This document shows positions 1 to 13,089 of a DNA stretch of 64,000 nt, in pieces. Both the position numbers and the translations under genes were made by a program. How positions within the stretch are numbered: position 1 is the first letter of the stretch; the number at the start of each line of letters is the position of its first letter. The notes beneath the pieces were generated by a model. It saw only the letters and a program-made list of their open reading frames with translations. It did no database searches and had not been told where the DNA came from. The stretch covers positions 158,410,001 to 158,474,000 of the forward strand of contig NC_043000.1 in assembly GCF_006345805.1 (NCBI RefSeq). Direction: 5' to 3'. Origin of the DNA: Octopus sinensis (lineage: Eukaryota).

Positions 1-132
1 ATTATAAAAAAAAATTAATTACACAAAACCTAACACTTTAATTTTGAAACACTTTTTAAGTAAGTGAAACCGGTAAAGTTACTAAATACTTTTGATAAAC
101 GTATGCGTTTTCAGATTCGTTTCCTTCTATAT

Positions 133-179
133 AGACACACACACAGACACACACACACACACACCACACACACACACAC

Positions 180-258
<79 letters not shown>
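133..258. repeat. Compound (CA)n/(TA)n microsatellite
   Basis: Direct reading of the sequence. Representative of dozens of such tracts in the window (e.g. 21545-21640, 22755-22965, 23520-23810, 24170-24480, 34470-34800, 46735-46810). Confidence 0.95.
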
Positions 259-261
<3 letters not shown>

Positions 262-744
262 GAAGGTTTGGAGATGATGTACAGGTATTATATATTAGAA
301 AAAATGAGGTAATCAGATCAGATGGTTCATATTTGTAGATATTTATTTATATATTACATTTTTTACATATATATCATATCATATCATTCGGATTAGCGCT
401 TTCTCCCATTCTAGTGGGCTTTTCAAATCAAATCAGTTGTGGGGAGTTTGAACATTTTATAGTTTCGTAGTAGTCGGTGAGGAGGAAGTGAGACAGAGAA
501 AACATGTGTGTATGTGTATGTGTGTGTGTGTGTATATATGTGTGTGTGCGTGTGTGTGTGTGTGTGTGTGCGCGTTTATATCTGAGAGTGAAGAAGTGTT
601 ATTTCCGTTGGTCTGCTGGACCTCCTGTGGTTTTATAAGAACTTTGGCCGTCCATTTTGATGTCACTGAGTGTGTGTTGTGCGTAGGTTGGCCTGGCAAA
701 TGTCATATATATATATACACAGATAAACATATATAAATATATAA

Positions 745-1265
745 ATCTTTAAATTGTTTCAGCTCTAAAGCTGCGGTCATGCCGAGGCACCACCTTTGAC
801 TGTGCTACACCATTACTTGAAACCTCCTCTGATATGTGGCATTTGGTGAATGAGGAAATTTGATGCCTCTGCCCTCTTCTGTGTTTCTTGCCGTGAGGTA
901 AGCTCGTCTGGAACCATGACAGAAGGTGATCCAGTTTTGTTTTGAAGACACCTACAATCACACCATGCATGTCTCTCAAGCATTTTGGAAGGATACTGAA
1001 GAGCTGTTGGCCGTTGAAATTGAAACTTTTGCACTATATGGTCCTGTATTTTGATGGAGATGCTAGGAGCTTTGGCATTATGCAGTGAAGTCCCGTACTT
1101 TTGTGTAACTTTTAACGTCAAAGTTTGGTATAAGGCCATCCAGTATTTCCCAGGTGCTTATCACTGAATATCTTTCCCCCCTTCGTCCTAGGGAGAAGAA
1201 TTTTAATTCTTTCAGTCTTTCCCATTAGCTGGTACATTGCATTGAGGCGATTTTCTTTCTGTAGC
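745..1265 (-). mobile_element. CR1-like LINE 3' fragment (ORF2 C-terminus plus 3' tail), decayed
   Basis: Minus-strand peptides across frameshifts include WERLKELKFFSLGRRGERYSVISTWEILDGLIPNF and RDMHGVIVGVFKTKLDHLLS, which resemble CR1-clade ORF2 C-termini. The fragment ends in the tail GGTGGTGCCTCGGCATGACCGCAGCTTTAGAGCTGAAACA. Confidence 0.7.
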
Positions 1266-3183
1266 TTAGATGCTTATAGAGTGCAAAAGAGAGAAAGAGA
1301 GAGGAAGGGAGGGAGAGAGAGAGACAGACAGAGACAGGGAAGGGAGAGAGACAGACAGACAGACAGTGACGGAGGAGAGAGAAACAGACAGAGAGAATAA
1401 CGCACGTTACTTATTTGTCTTATGTCAAAAACAATTTCTTAGTTTAAACTCTGCATCTATGTTCTTTTCTTGTTACACCAGTCACCTTGGTCCGACTTAT
1501 TTACTTTCATTCGTAAACTCTTTTCACATCCCGTGAGAATTGTCTACATTTTGTTTCGATTGAACATTGGTGGTTTCCAGACGAACAATGACAAATGCTT
1601 CAAAAAACTGAAGTCGTGATATTACTGAATAAAATTGGATCGATGAAACTCTTTCATTTCCTATAACTGGCTTACGTAGTTTTCGGTATTACTTTTATTT
1701 GTACGTATAAACATAAAAATCAAAATTAAATTTTGGCTTCCTTGTATTCTTTTCTCCAATATGTAGATATGAGAATTTATTAAACCTGACATCTTATTTT
1801 CTAATAGGACTTCAAGATAATGAAATTATACCTTGAACAATATAAGATTTGTAAAGACGTTCATTAAATACATGTTATAGCCGTCGAGGACTTAAAAGCA
1901 GTCAGATTTTTAAGCAACAGGTGAAGGCTGATAAAGTATTCTTAGTTTAAAGACTTATCTTAAATTGTTTGCTTCATATTTAATTGCGCAATACTGCACT
2001 AAGTAATACTGCAGCAGTGCACCCATGTGTTAAATTGATTGGGTATAGTATGGGAGATATTTGTCAGTATTGTCTAGCAGGTCATAATTCGTAAAATTAT
2101 CGTATCATGTATACACACACGCACGCAAGAACATATACCCATACACACACACACACATACAAACCAAACACTAACACACATATATCTGCATGTACGTGTA
2201 TATGTGCATGCACATATATATTTACATATGCTTACATATATATTTATACACACACATAGACACGCATACGTATATATAATATATATATATTATATATACA
2301 TCATATACGCATACACACCACACGCACAAACACACACGCACACACACATGCGCACACATGCACACACACACACACGCACATACACTCATACATATATGCG
2401 TATATATGTATCTATGTGTTTATGCTTTAGGTCCAATAAGGCTTGCCCACAACCTCACAAAATCTCTCCACCTCAATGAATTGATCCAGTAAGAAGCCAG
2501 GCTAAGATATCCAGTACCAATATGGGTTTCAATCACAGGAATGTGAGAACGCCATGGTCTTAAACCCAAGCAAACGATCCTCAGAATGGTTAATGCTATT
2601 CCTTGCATATCTGATTTTGTGTCAAGTTAAAAGTCTCGTACAATGACATGCTTTAACAAAGGCTATGGGTACCTGACCTTCACAGGTTAATATATGACGA
2701 GCTTCACGCTCAATACAAGTAGTCAGTAATTATCATTTCCGAATGGAAAATTAAGTACAGCCAAACGGAATCACAAAAATCATCTTACATTGATCTGATT
2801 AGCTCAAAATTCATTACGATGAAAGAGGTAAAAAGGAGATATGTTATTATCAAATACTTTCGTAGACAGAGTTGGTTTCGCTACGTACATGCAAGACATG
2901 AAATTCAATTGCAGAAATTATATCTCAACGTATTGTTGAAAATGTAATAACATGTTTGCGCTTTGGGAATATGAAATTTTACATTCCACCGACTGAGTGA
3001 TTTTCTCTGCAGGGTTTTTATTTCCTTTTATACGTTAATTAGCAAAGAATTGGAGTATTGTGCCTTGGACTTGACGTTCTGCATACACACAGGCATACAT
3101 CAAATATACATACTATACATGCATTTATATTGATATACAACGGCGTAGCGGAATGGAGAGACAGAGTGAGAAACTATATATCA

Positions 3184-3230
<47 letters not shown>

Positions 3231-3490
3231 TGTTTCCTTGTTGGTGGATTTCAAAAAATATGAAATTTATACAAGTTCTATGCTCAGTGCATGAAAACAT
3301 TTTTCAATCATTTTCCAAGAAATCTTGGTGCACAAATTGCAGATGCTTTAATCAGCACGATTTTATTAAATATGGAACGCATTTGCCGTGGAATGTGAAA
3401 CGGCCAATTTCTGAACGATAAAAATATAGTGCACCCCGCTGATACATACACATACACACGTATGTATGTATATATATATATATATATATA

Positions 3491-4079
3491 TGAGGGTGGG
3501 CTGAAAAGTTTAAAGGGTGGTACCATGAAATCGTGATTACCGCAATTGCCGCATTTCTTATTTATAATTGTATTATTTCGTTTCAGGTAAACAGATTTAT
3601 GACTCTTCAAAGATGACTTTAAAAGTATGTAGTAGCGCGTTTTCTTGAGTATGGACAAAATTTATCATCATGTCGTTATCAAATACCTGCAGCAAAAAGG
3701 TTTAACTCTCAACGACATTGATACTGACATGGTTGCTACATTAGGAAATGTGCAAAAGTGGGCAACTTAATTTAGGAGCGGAAAGGAGAGTTATTAAATA
3801 GTATCCAAAATCTGGACGGCCTGCAACTGCCATCATCGAGGAATGCATGGATTGTTTTCACTACAAGGTGATTGGTGATAAGCAATTGACAATAAATCAA
3901 ATAGCAAAATCTATCAGCATATCCCGTGAGAGAGTTGAGAATAATCTACAAAATGAGCTTTCCATGACGACTGTTTCTGTTTGGTGGGGCCACATCTGAC
4001 ACTTGATCAAAATATACCTCTTTTGGTCACATTCCATCTGAGATTTTGGTCAGCCTTTGAAATTTACAGCCGACCTTCA
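3491..4079 (+). mobile_element. Internally deleted mariner element with both TIRs
   Basis: The left TIR TGAGGGTGGGCTGAAAAGTT matches the reverse complement of the right end (AAATTTACAGCCGACCTTCA), with TA on both sides. ATG at 3651 gives MDKIYHHVVIKYLQQKGLTLNDIDTDMVATLGN, a mariner N-terminal HTH. The catalytic domain is deleted. Confidence 0.85.
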
Positions 4080-5868
4080 TAGACATCTGAGAGGTTATGC
4101 ACAGAGAGTTAGAAATGTCGTTAACATCGGGGAAGCATAAACAGAGACAACAATCATCTGTGAAGATGGAACAGTCACCATGTATGTATGTATGTATGAA
4201 GAATACTTGGAAACGAATTTGATTTTGCCTCAAATATTTCATAAACCTTTACCTTCCTCCTCCTCCACCTCCTCCTCATCATCATTACGAAGCATGTCGT
4301 TTCTAACAACGACCGGTCGATAGCTCCTCAATAAGCCCATTTACACCCAAACTAAATTTTAAGAAGAACAGTTAAATTAACCTTTTATGTTTGAAATTTG
4401 GCACTTTATACTTTTGTAAAACGATTAACTTCAGCTGTTTTCTTAAGTCACTTGTACTTGTATTTGTAAACTCACTTTTATTCTCTCTTATGAATATACA
4501 CTTATAGATAGATAGATTGATAGTAAATGCATTATCGCTTAGACATTGGCGTAAGTATATATATGCTATTAAAATGGCGATGGTACTTTGTAACGCTTTC
4601 GTGCATTAGCTGTCTATATTCTAAGACATTAAATGTATAGGTGAAAAATGGCAAGTCGCAAACATGTATAGCTTCATATGATGATACGCTTTTGAGTTAA
4701 CCATTATCAGGAAGAAAATGAAATATGAATAGTGACAGTACATAAAAGAGAAACAAAAGAAATTTGTACAGCATTCTTTATTCATGGATTCTCAATTGTA
4801 CATAGTGTAACGTAGATACAATAAGTGTTTTCAACTCCGACTGGAACGCGTAAACGCCATGTCTGATTATGCAAATGATATCATTGTTAGCTATCAGGAA
4901 TATGAGAAATACCATATCACCAGATAATGTTCCACAGTTTAGATCATTTTCTGAAAGCAATTGAAAGTCACGAATATCGTCTGAGAAAATTGAGTTAGGT
5001 TTTGCATGTGGCTACAGGCTGGCAAAAACACGTTGAATCCGTATACAACGTAATCCGGGATCTTTGGCAGTTTCTTAATTAACTTTACATCGTTATATGT
5101 GTTGCTTTCCATACCTAAATCCATACTATGTTGCTTCATACAGATTTCAAATTCCTTCTTGGAAAATTGAATATCTTTTTATCCGTTACTCTTGTAGAAG
5201 TTAAACATTAGGAGTTCTATCAATATAAAAATTAGTAACGTTAGTTGTGAATGTGTATAATTATGAACTGGTCCCATCCTAATTATTTTTACGTATACAC
5301 CTATTACTATTTAGTTCCTAGAACGGATACTAAATTTTGTGATATTATCTCTCATGTCGATGAAATTACTGCTTGATTCCTCTTCATGAGAAGGTTATTT
5401 CAAATATGACTTTTCTTATGGACGCCATTTGATACTTCAGTCATTTAATTCTTTTGCCTTTTTGTAAACCAGGCAGAATCGCATGCTAGCAAAGCATGTA
5501 CTATATTCGTTATGATTCTTCCAAATCTACAACCGTGTTTATATCCGGCATCATAATACCCGAAACGCATCTATTTTAATTGTGACCTTAATACATCCCG
5601 AGAAATGGAAGGTGTCTCTCATGACATTTTTCTTGCTATATCTATTATTTAGTGGACTGACTGTTTTCAATCTCTATATTCTGCTTATCTATTTAGTTTT
5701 AGGTAAACCGTCTATTTTAAAATAATTCCTAACAGTGCATCCTTTACATACAAACAAACCTGAGTTCAAAAATTTTCCAAGCAATACATACATACACACA
5801 TACATACATACACACATACATACATACATGCATACATACATACATACATACATACATACATACCATAC

Positions 5869-5900
<32 letters not shown>

Positions 5901-6552
5901 ATGTGTGTGTGGTGTATGTATGTATGTATGTATGTTATTAGAAGAGACCGAAAAATTCATCACCTAACCACCCAAAATGCGACGGATTCGGGCTACCAAT
6001 TATCCCATGGTGGGATTCGAATTAAGAAACTGAAGAAGCTCAATAATACCGTAAGGTTTATGGTTTATTAATTTTGCAGATCCACATTTTTTTCTTTTTT
6101 TATGGTATATTCTCATCGACTCCGATATTATGAAAAGGCCTAAAATTTGGCCACCGAGTATAGAGGCTCGAACCAAAAAATTCTTTCTACTTTGTCATAT
6201 AGCATGCAATTTTTAAGAGAGGATCGTGTCGATATTATCGATCCCAGTACATGGTAGGCATTGTATTTTAATCGACACTGAAAGGACGAAATGCCATATA
6301 GATCTGTTGCGTATTTAAATTCTGAATGTGACAAGCCTCATGGGATGTCATTAAGCGTTTTGCTCGATGCAGAAAGGATTCAGCTTGCTCTGTAACATTG
6401 TTGGAATATATAGTCCGTAACATTCTGTCCCATGAGCTCTACGAATTCCCCATACTGAGAAACGAAATTTATGGAAAACTACATTGATTTTTATTTCATT
6501 CACATATGCAGCATATGTAATATTATGATGTGCATTTATTTTTTGTTTAATG

Positions 6553-7437
6553 TAGGTGTTGCAAAAAATTCGATATCCATTGAGATGTAAATGTCACAGA
6601 AACTACATAGTCAAAGCAAATGAAACTAAACAGGTTTAATGTTGGGCAACATAGGATTTATTCTTTCAAATTTGAATGAGAAATTCAAAGGTATGTGGAT
6701 TCCATCAATGATTTCACAAATGTTCAATATGCGCACTGCCTGAGGCAAACGTCAAGTCTGTAGTCCAGCCTCTCCCAAACATAACATGTTGCAGCATGTC
6801 TTGGGTAACAGTCTCCAGTGCGGTAGTGATTCTCCGCTCGAGTTCCTCCAGATTAGTAGGAAGAGTGTGTACACTGACCAGACCCTTCACATAGCCCTAT
6901 GTGTTTTTACTTTCGCTTGTCATCTGCTGTTATGGCCTGAACGAGTAGCAGCTTGTAGGGCTTCATTAGCGAATATTTCCCCAGGACACGCGAAATTGTC
7001 GTTGGAGGGATCTGGTTGTCCAGACTTGTTCTTCTTATGGACATCTAGGGGCTTCGCATGAGCTTTTGGCGAACCTGCACGACCGTCTCTTCCACTGTTA
7101 GTGGTCGTCCAGATCCTTTTGCTCTACACAGTCAGCCTTCCACTTTGAATGTTTTGTGCTATGACCAAATCTTCATTGCCATTGGTGACCTTTTAGAGAA
7201 CTGTCACATGCACGCTGCGCAGTCTTATTCGACTGTGTTCTAGCATACTCCGTCACACAAAACGCCTTTTCTCTTCCAGTGAATACCATTTCTATACCTG
7301 AAAAGATAAATATATCAAGCATTAAACATAAAACTTTCACCTATTTCTACACAGGCTGTTAAAAGTTGAAGTCATTTGAACAATAATTGTCAAAGTTATG
7401 AGATTGTGAAATGATATCAAATTTTTAAGACACCCTG
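6553..7437 (-). mobile_element. Internally deleted Tc1/mariner-superfamily element (DUF4817-like N-terminus)
   Basis: Minus-strand peptides are MVFTGREKAFCVTEYARTQSNKTAQR, AKGSGRPLTVEETV and LPTNLEELERRITTALETVTQDMLQHV...WERLDYRLDVC. The right TIR is CAGGGTGTCTTAAAAATTTGATATC and a degenerate copy lies at the left end. Confidence 0.8.
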
Positions 7438-8650
7438 TATATTTTTGCATTACACGCCACTGTGAAAAATGTTATGAATATTTCCTTCTCAAATACTACA
7501 AAAGAAACTGAGTGATGAAAGGAAGAAATTAAAGGTGGGCACTGGAAGATGTAAGAGAAAGGTAATAAAAATAGTTATATATTTAGAAAATCTTCTGAGT
7601 GGAAAATACTTCTGCTGTAAACGTATTTCGATTTATTGAATGCTGTTTCTTCCACCACTTAAAAATTCATGTTTGGAGTGGTTCAACAGTTTTGCAAAAT
7701 ATGCAGCCAGACAAACATTTACTTCTGTTGTTTTAGGAAAACCTATTATTTTCCTCTTAAATATTCTTTTGTTATGCAACAATTGAAATTTCCAAGAAAA
7801 TCATGAAAACATTCCATATCCTCAATGAAAATAATTTCCTGAAACTCATCATTTACAATTTATTTATATGTGAGGAAGGTTTCGCTAAGCTATTTCAATG
7901 AAATATATAGTGCATATCAAATTATTGTCACCAAATCATTAATAAAAAATCGTCTGTCACAAATATTACTTATGTACTCACATATTCGTAAAAGTATGTG
8001 CAATTTTCTGGTTCTTGAACCTAGTAGAGATAGCAGCTAAGTCATCTACAAATCTTCCAATAATACCGTTTCTATTGATGAAAACATAAACTTCACTACG
8101 AAAGATGCTTATAGAGAAGACATCTAAGTAGAGGTATGTATTGTGCTTTGATGTGTTGAGTTTGCATTGATGCGTTCAGTTTAATCCAGTTACATTTGGC
8201 AGCTCTAACATTTATTTATCGGCCACATTAGAGTACCATTCATAACGTTTAATCCGGCAGATGAATGTGAGCTAAAAATATACATCAACTCGACGAAACC
8301 TTCATCTCCATAAACTGGTGACTCCATTAATTAAAAACCCGCTCATCCAGATCAAATCGATTACATCCGACGAGGATACAAAAATCGTATAATTCGTCAC
8401 GTCTTGTTTCAAGCAAACTGCTCACTCACTACCAATTGGCTGCCTCCGACACGGAAACCACTTCGTGAATGAATTACCTGAAGAATAAACTGTTGACCGT
8501 CGACTCCGAAGTCAACACATTTCGTGACCATTACGAAATGGCGAGCAGAAAGTATGTTTGTCTGAGTGAGTCTGTGTATAAGTGTATGTATTTGTATATA
8601 ACCTTACTTACATACCTGTATACTTACACGCATGCACCCACACACAAATA

Positions 8651-9476
8651 AAGTGTGCGGACGGTATTTGAGGAGAGATTTATAGTTTTGAAAAAGCGCT
8701 TATACAATAACAAAGAAAAACAAGGTGTATTTTCATAAAAATAACATAAACATAGAGCTAAATTATTCATTTAATAATTTCATTCAATAAAACCACTATA
8801 AGCATCATTAACTGTTTCTAAGCGGACTGGATAGCATTTACAAGCTCAGATTAGGTGGTCCTTGTTCATATCGGACATGACTCGAACTATGGCGGCTTTC
8901 AAAGAACCTTTGGTACTATGGAGGAATTCAATGATATTTTTCTCAACGACGCTCCATAGCGAGTAGGCAGTGGATCGAGATCTGTAGAGTTAGGAGGTAA
9001 AACGTTGGGGATGATGTCATCATGCAAACTGTCGGTCATCTATTCTTGTGTCATTTGAGGCTTGTGTGACGTTGCAGAATCTTGTTGAAAGACATAAGGC
9101 CTTTCATTCCATACACTGTTGATCTGAGGCTTAACAACTTTATTCAGAACTTCAATGTCTTCAATGTTTTGAATAAATTCAGGTGTCTTGATCGGATGTT
9201 TTTTATTACGCTTTGGTACACTTAATACGCTTCCTTTTTCTTTCTCTAACTCACTCTGAATCTTGTAGACAAAAGATCTTGCAACTTTCAGAAAACGAGA
9301 AATTTCTAAATCAACTTGCTTAACCTTCAAAGCCACAATCGCAGCATGCCTTTTCATTTCATTAGTAAGCATAGGGCTTGCCATTGTTATTTTCTGAAAT
9401 AGAATTTCCAATAAAAATTAGTGAAATAAAATAATGACCAAAAATGTATTTGCGCTCAAATACCATCCGCACCCTG
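8651..9476 (-). mobile_element. Internally deleted Tc1/mariner element (maT/DD37D-like)
   Basis: TIRs are AAGTGTGCGGACGGTATTTGAG and CAGGGTGCGGATGGTATTTGAG, each next to TA. ORF 9040-9411 contains PYVFQQDSATSHK, followed by PPNSTDLDPL (degenerate WPPxSPDLNP) and KGSLKAAIVRVM. Confidence 0.8.
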
Positions 9477-9541
9477 TATAGACACAGAATTATAAAAAGT
9501 CAAGTGCATACAAACTGACAGTCATACACTATACGTACGTA

Positions 9542-9733
9542 CGAGTGGTTGCCGTAAAGTTTCTGGCTTTCCTTAAAAGAAAATACTGGATGATCAGTTA
9601 ATTATGATTTTATTCAACATATTTCCCACCTCAGAATCATCCACTTGTTACAACGGTCCCCCAGTTTTTCTAAGCCTGTAAAAGATCTGGGAATGTTTGG
9701 CCTCTAGCCAGGCCTTTCGCGATACTCCCTCGC
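9542..9733 (-). mobile_element. Mariner-derived MITE (same family as 40739-40957, opposite orientation)
   Basis: Begins TA|CGAGTGGTTGCCGTAAAGTT. The body aligns by eye with the reverse complement of 40739-40957 (e.g. GGCCTTTCGCGATAC, ATGATTTTATTCAAC). Confidence 0.7.
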
Positions 9734-10257
9734 ATATATATCTCTGTGTATATTATGTAGGTATATGAGCCTGTGAATGTGTACGTACATGTGCATGTGT
9801 GTGCGTGTACGTGTGCTTGTTTACACACATAATGTAGGAAGTAGAAGTTTCAGTTCTTCACAGTGACAACCAGTAGTTTTTATCTCATGGTGACATTTTT
9901 CTAGTGATATAAAAACAAGAAAATGAAGTTATTAAATCGTCCTCACGGATGGCGAGGATGGACAAGGAGATTTGTAAGGTAGAAGTAAATGTTAACTTAT
10001 CAATATGTAGCATTCTTACATATTATCTCTCTATAGATCTATTGAAATAATTTGCGATTGTTTGTGCACTTATCAATCAATCAGTATGTATGTACCTCTG
10101 ACTATCTGTCTATCCCTCTCTCTCTCTCTCCCTCTCTCTCTCTGCCTGTCTCTTTAAACACACACATGCCTGTATACACGTATAAACAGAGAGAAACAGC
10201 TGCACACATATCCGTATATACATACATGCACAGACAAAAACATATGCTCAAACATAC

Positions 10258-10406
<149 letters not shown>

Positions 10407-10499
10407 AGACCTATCTATAAAGTTCTAATATCTATACAGCCTTGGCTTTTTATTTCGTTACGCAAAAATTGTTATATATATATATATATTTCAAAATGT

Positions 10500-10705
10500 G
10501 ACCTCGTGTGTACCGTTGACGATTTTTTTTCTTCTGTCTTCCCTTCTCTGGATATTTCCTTCTCCTATGTTTCCGACGAAGAGCTGCGCTCGAAACATTA
10601 AACCCTCCTTCTTTCCTTTTTTCCTGAGCGTCCAATAATACTATATTTGTTCCGCGCCCTCGCGTTGTTGTGTTTTTTTGTGCTTTCTTGTTTGGATTAA
10701 CTTTA
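10500..10705 (+). mobile_element. Non-autonomous Penelope-like terminal element with a minimal hammerhead motif
   Basis: 10569-10603 reads GTTT-CCGACGA-A-GAGC tgc GCTC-GAAA-ca-TT-AAAC. Stems I and II pair and the core has U4C. The element ends at a (TA)n tract. Confidence 0.55.
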
Positions 10706-11953
10706 TATATATATAAACAGACAGAAGCATACGGACGTGCATGTATGTATGTAGGAGTGTGTGCTTACTTGTCTAGAATATATTTAGGAGAAGGAAAGCT
10801 AATGAATCCGATTTTATGTGTTCCTTTATTATCTGTATTAGTTACCCTAGACAGATCTCAGTATTTCGGAAAATTGTCACCGTGCTCTTCGGAGGTAGGT
10901 GTATCTCCACGATTATGCACAATATGCATCAGGTCTAGAATGTAAACACCTCATTAAAAATATATATTGGTGAAACATTCGCATAAAATCGGCAGCTTAT
11001 AGCAGATACAACACAATTTATTTTATGTCAAAGGACACAATTGTCATGCAAATTTGGAAAAGTCAACGTCGGAGGGGATATCACCTTTCATGTGAACTTT
11101 TGTAGGAGTATAGATTCTCGTTCGTACCTAACATGATAATTGGACTGTGCTATGAAATAGCAACTTTGCATTGCAACCAGCAATTTTTGAGGTTTACCAG
11201 CATAGACACGTGTATTTCAAATTAAGTTAGTGGTAGAACGATGATTTGTAAAACAGTTTCAAAAATTCTGTATTTTTTTTTTTTTTTTTGTAGATCATCA
11301 TGTACAAAACAAGAGTTTGGGGGCATGACACATACACCTGTAGCAAAGACATATATAAACATAAGCATACGTGCAAGTATATCCATACGTAAACCTAAAT
11401 ATATGCATCAGTTAAGTCACTGTATTTTCACAAATTCCATGAACTGTCTTGATTCAAACGAAAAAATGCATTGATTCTTTGTTGCACACCAGATTGATTC
11501 TAAGATGTATGGAACCGAATATGTTTGAGAGAGTAGCATGATTTTCTACGACAATATAACAAGGAACAAGCGTCATGAGATGGAGTAGCAAGAAATGTTT
11601 ACCTCTAATTAGGTTAAGCATTACTATATATCACCTGCAGCAGAATTACATGAGATTGTTACAATGGAAAAATTTGTTTATTGTTCGCAAATTTGAAAGA
11701 AGAAATAGGTGTATACAATATTTTCGGAGCAGATTAGCATTTCTCGAGTTATAACAATGTAAGAAGCTAATAAGAGGATTTGTTTCCTGAAGTACATACT
11801 AATGAGACATGATATTCTATATCCCCTATTATTGTGTGTGTGCGTGTGTATAACGGTTTTCTTATTTATGTGTTCAGGTATGCATACATACGTATGCGCG
11901 CGCACACACACAGGCGCACATAACTATATGTAAGACATATATGTACATAAGAA

Positions 11954-12119
11954 TGTGTATATGTGTATATATACATATATAGGTAGGTTTATGTATATAT
12001 ATATATACATGTATATAAATATATACATGTATATATATATTATATATATATATATATATATTTATATACATGTATATATATACACATAAACCTACCTATA
12101 TATGTATATATACATATAT

Positions 12120-12124
<5 letters not shown>
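11954..12124. repeat. Inverted duplication centred on a (TA)n tract
   Basis: Arm 11954-12020 is nearly the exact reverse complement of 12060-12124, including the non-repetitive core ATAGGTAGGTTTATG / CATAAACCTACCTAT. Confidence 0.85.
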
Positions 12125-12198
<74 letters not shown>

Positions 12199-13089
12199 AA
12201 ATACGTATACACATACACTCGTACAAAGCTGTTTACAAGTTTTCGCCTTTTTACATAAGTATATTTTATCTTCCACGTTCATGTTTTTCTTGTACATGCC
12301 GTTTCTGCTATTAATTACTAATATACGTCAGATGCAAGTATCGAATCACATAGGAAAAAGAATTTCCGAATCCCGTACAACACGAGGTATATATTACGTA
12401 GCTAAATCAAAAATCACGAGGTATATATGTTACGTAGCTGATTTCAAAATCATTTCATGTGATTGATTCTCACAATTTTATTTTCGAATAGGAAATACGT
12501 TAATCGATACGTCCTTCTGTTGGTAATAAAGTCGAGTGTAAACTGAATGGGAATTGTATGATATTCATAGCTGATCAAACACCTGTACAGTTCATCCCTT
12601 GTCTGTATACATGTAAAGAAATACATATTAAAATACGTAACACAAAATATATGTTATATTTGTTGATATAATAATATAAACATAATAATGTATAATAATA
12701 TAAACATAATAATGTATAATAACATAAATATAATGATATATGTTAATACATATATTCTCCACCAGAGAAATATTTTTTATTCATGAAATAGTGCGGGAGA
12801 AATTTCTACACAGTAGAGAAATTAGTCACAATGTCGTCAATTATAAAGAGATAGAAATATAACTATTATATACTCAATTATTAAAGTACAGTGTATATAT
12901 ACTCCAGAAAGTACAGTGTATTCGGCAGATTCCAAATAATAATTGAAGCAGACGTGTCGAAATTTTATTTAGGTTGATCATAGTGTCCACGTGCTAGTAA
13001 ACTAGAATGTAATATGAAAAGACGAATGTAACGACCAAAGGTGTTTCACAATGAAGTAGGAGAAAGGTAAAATATATTAGGTTGGGAAA

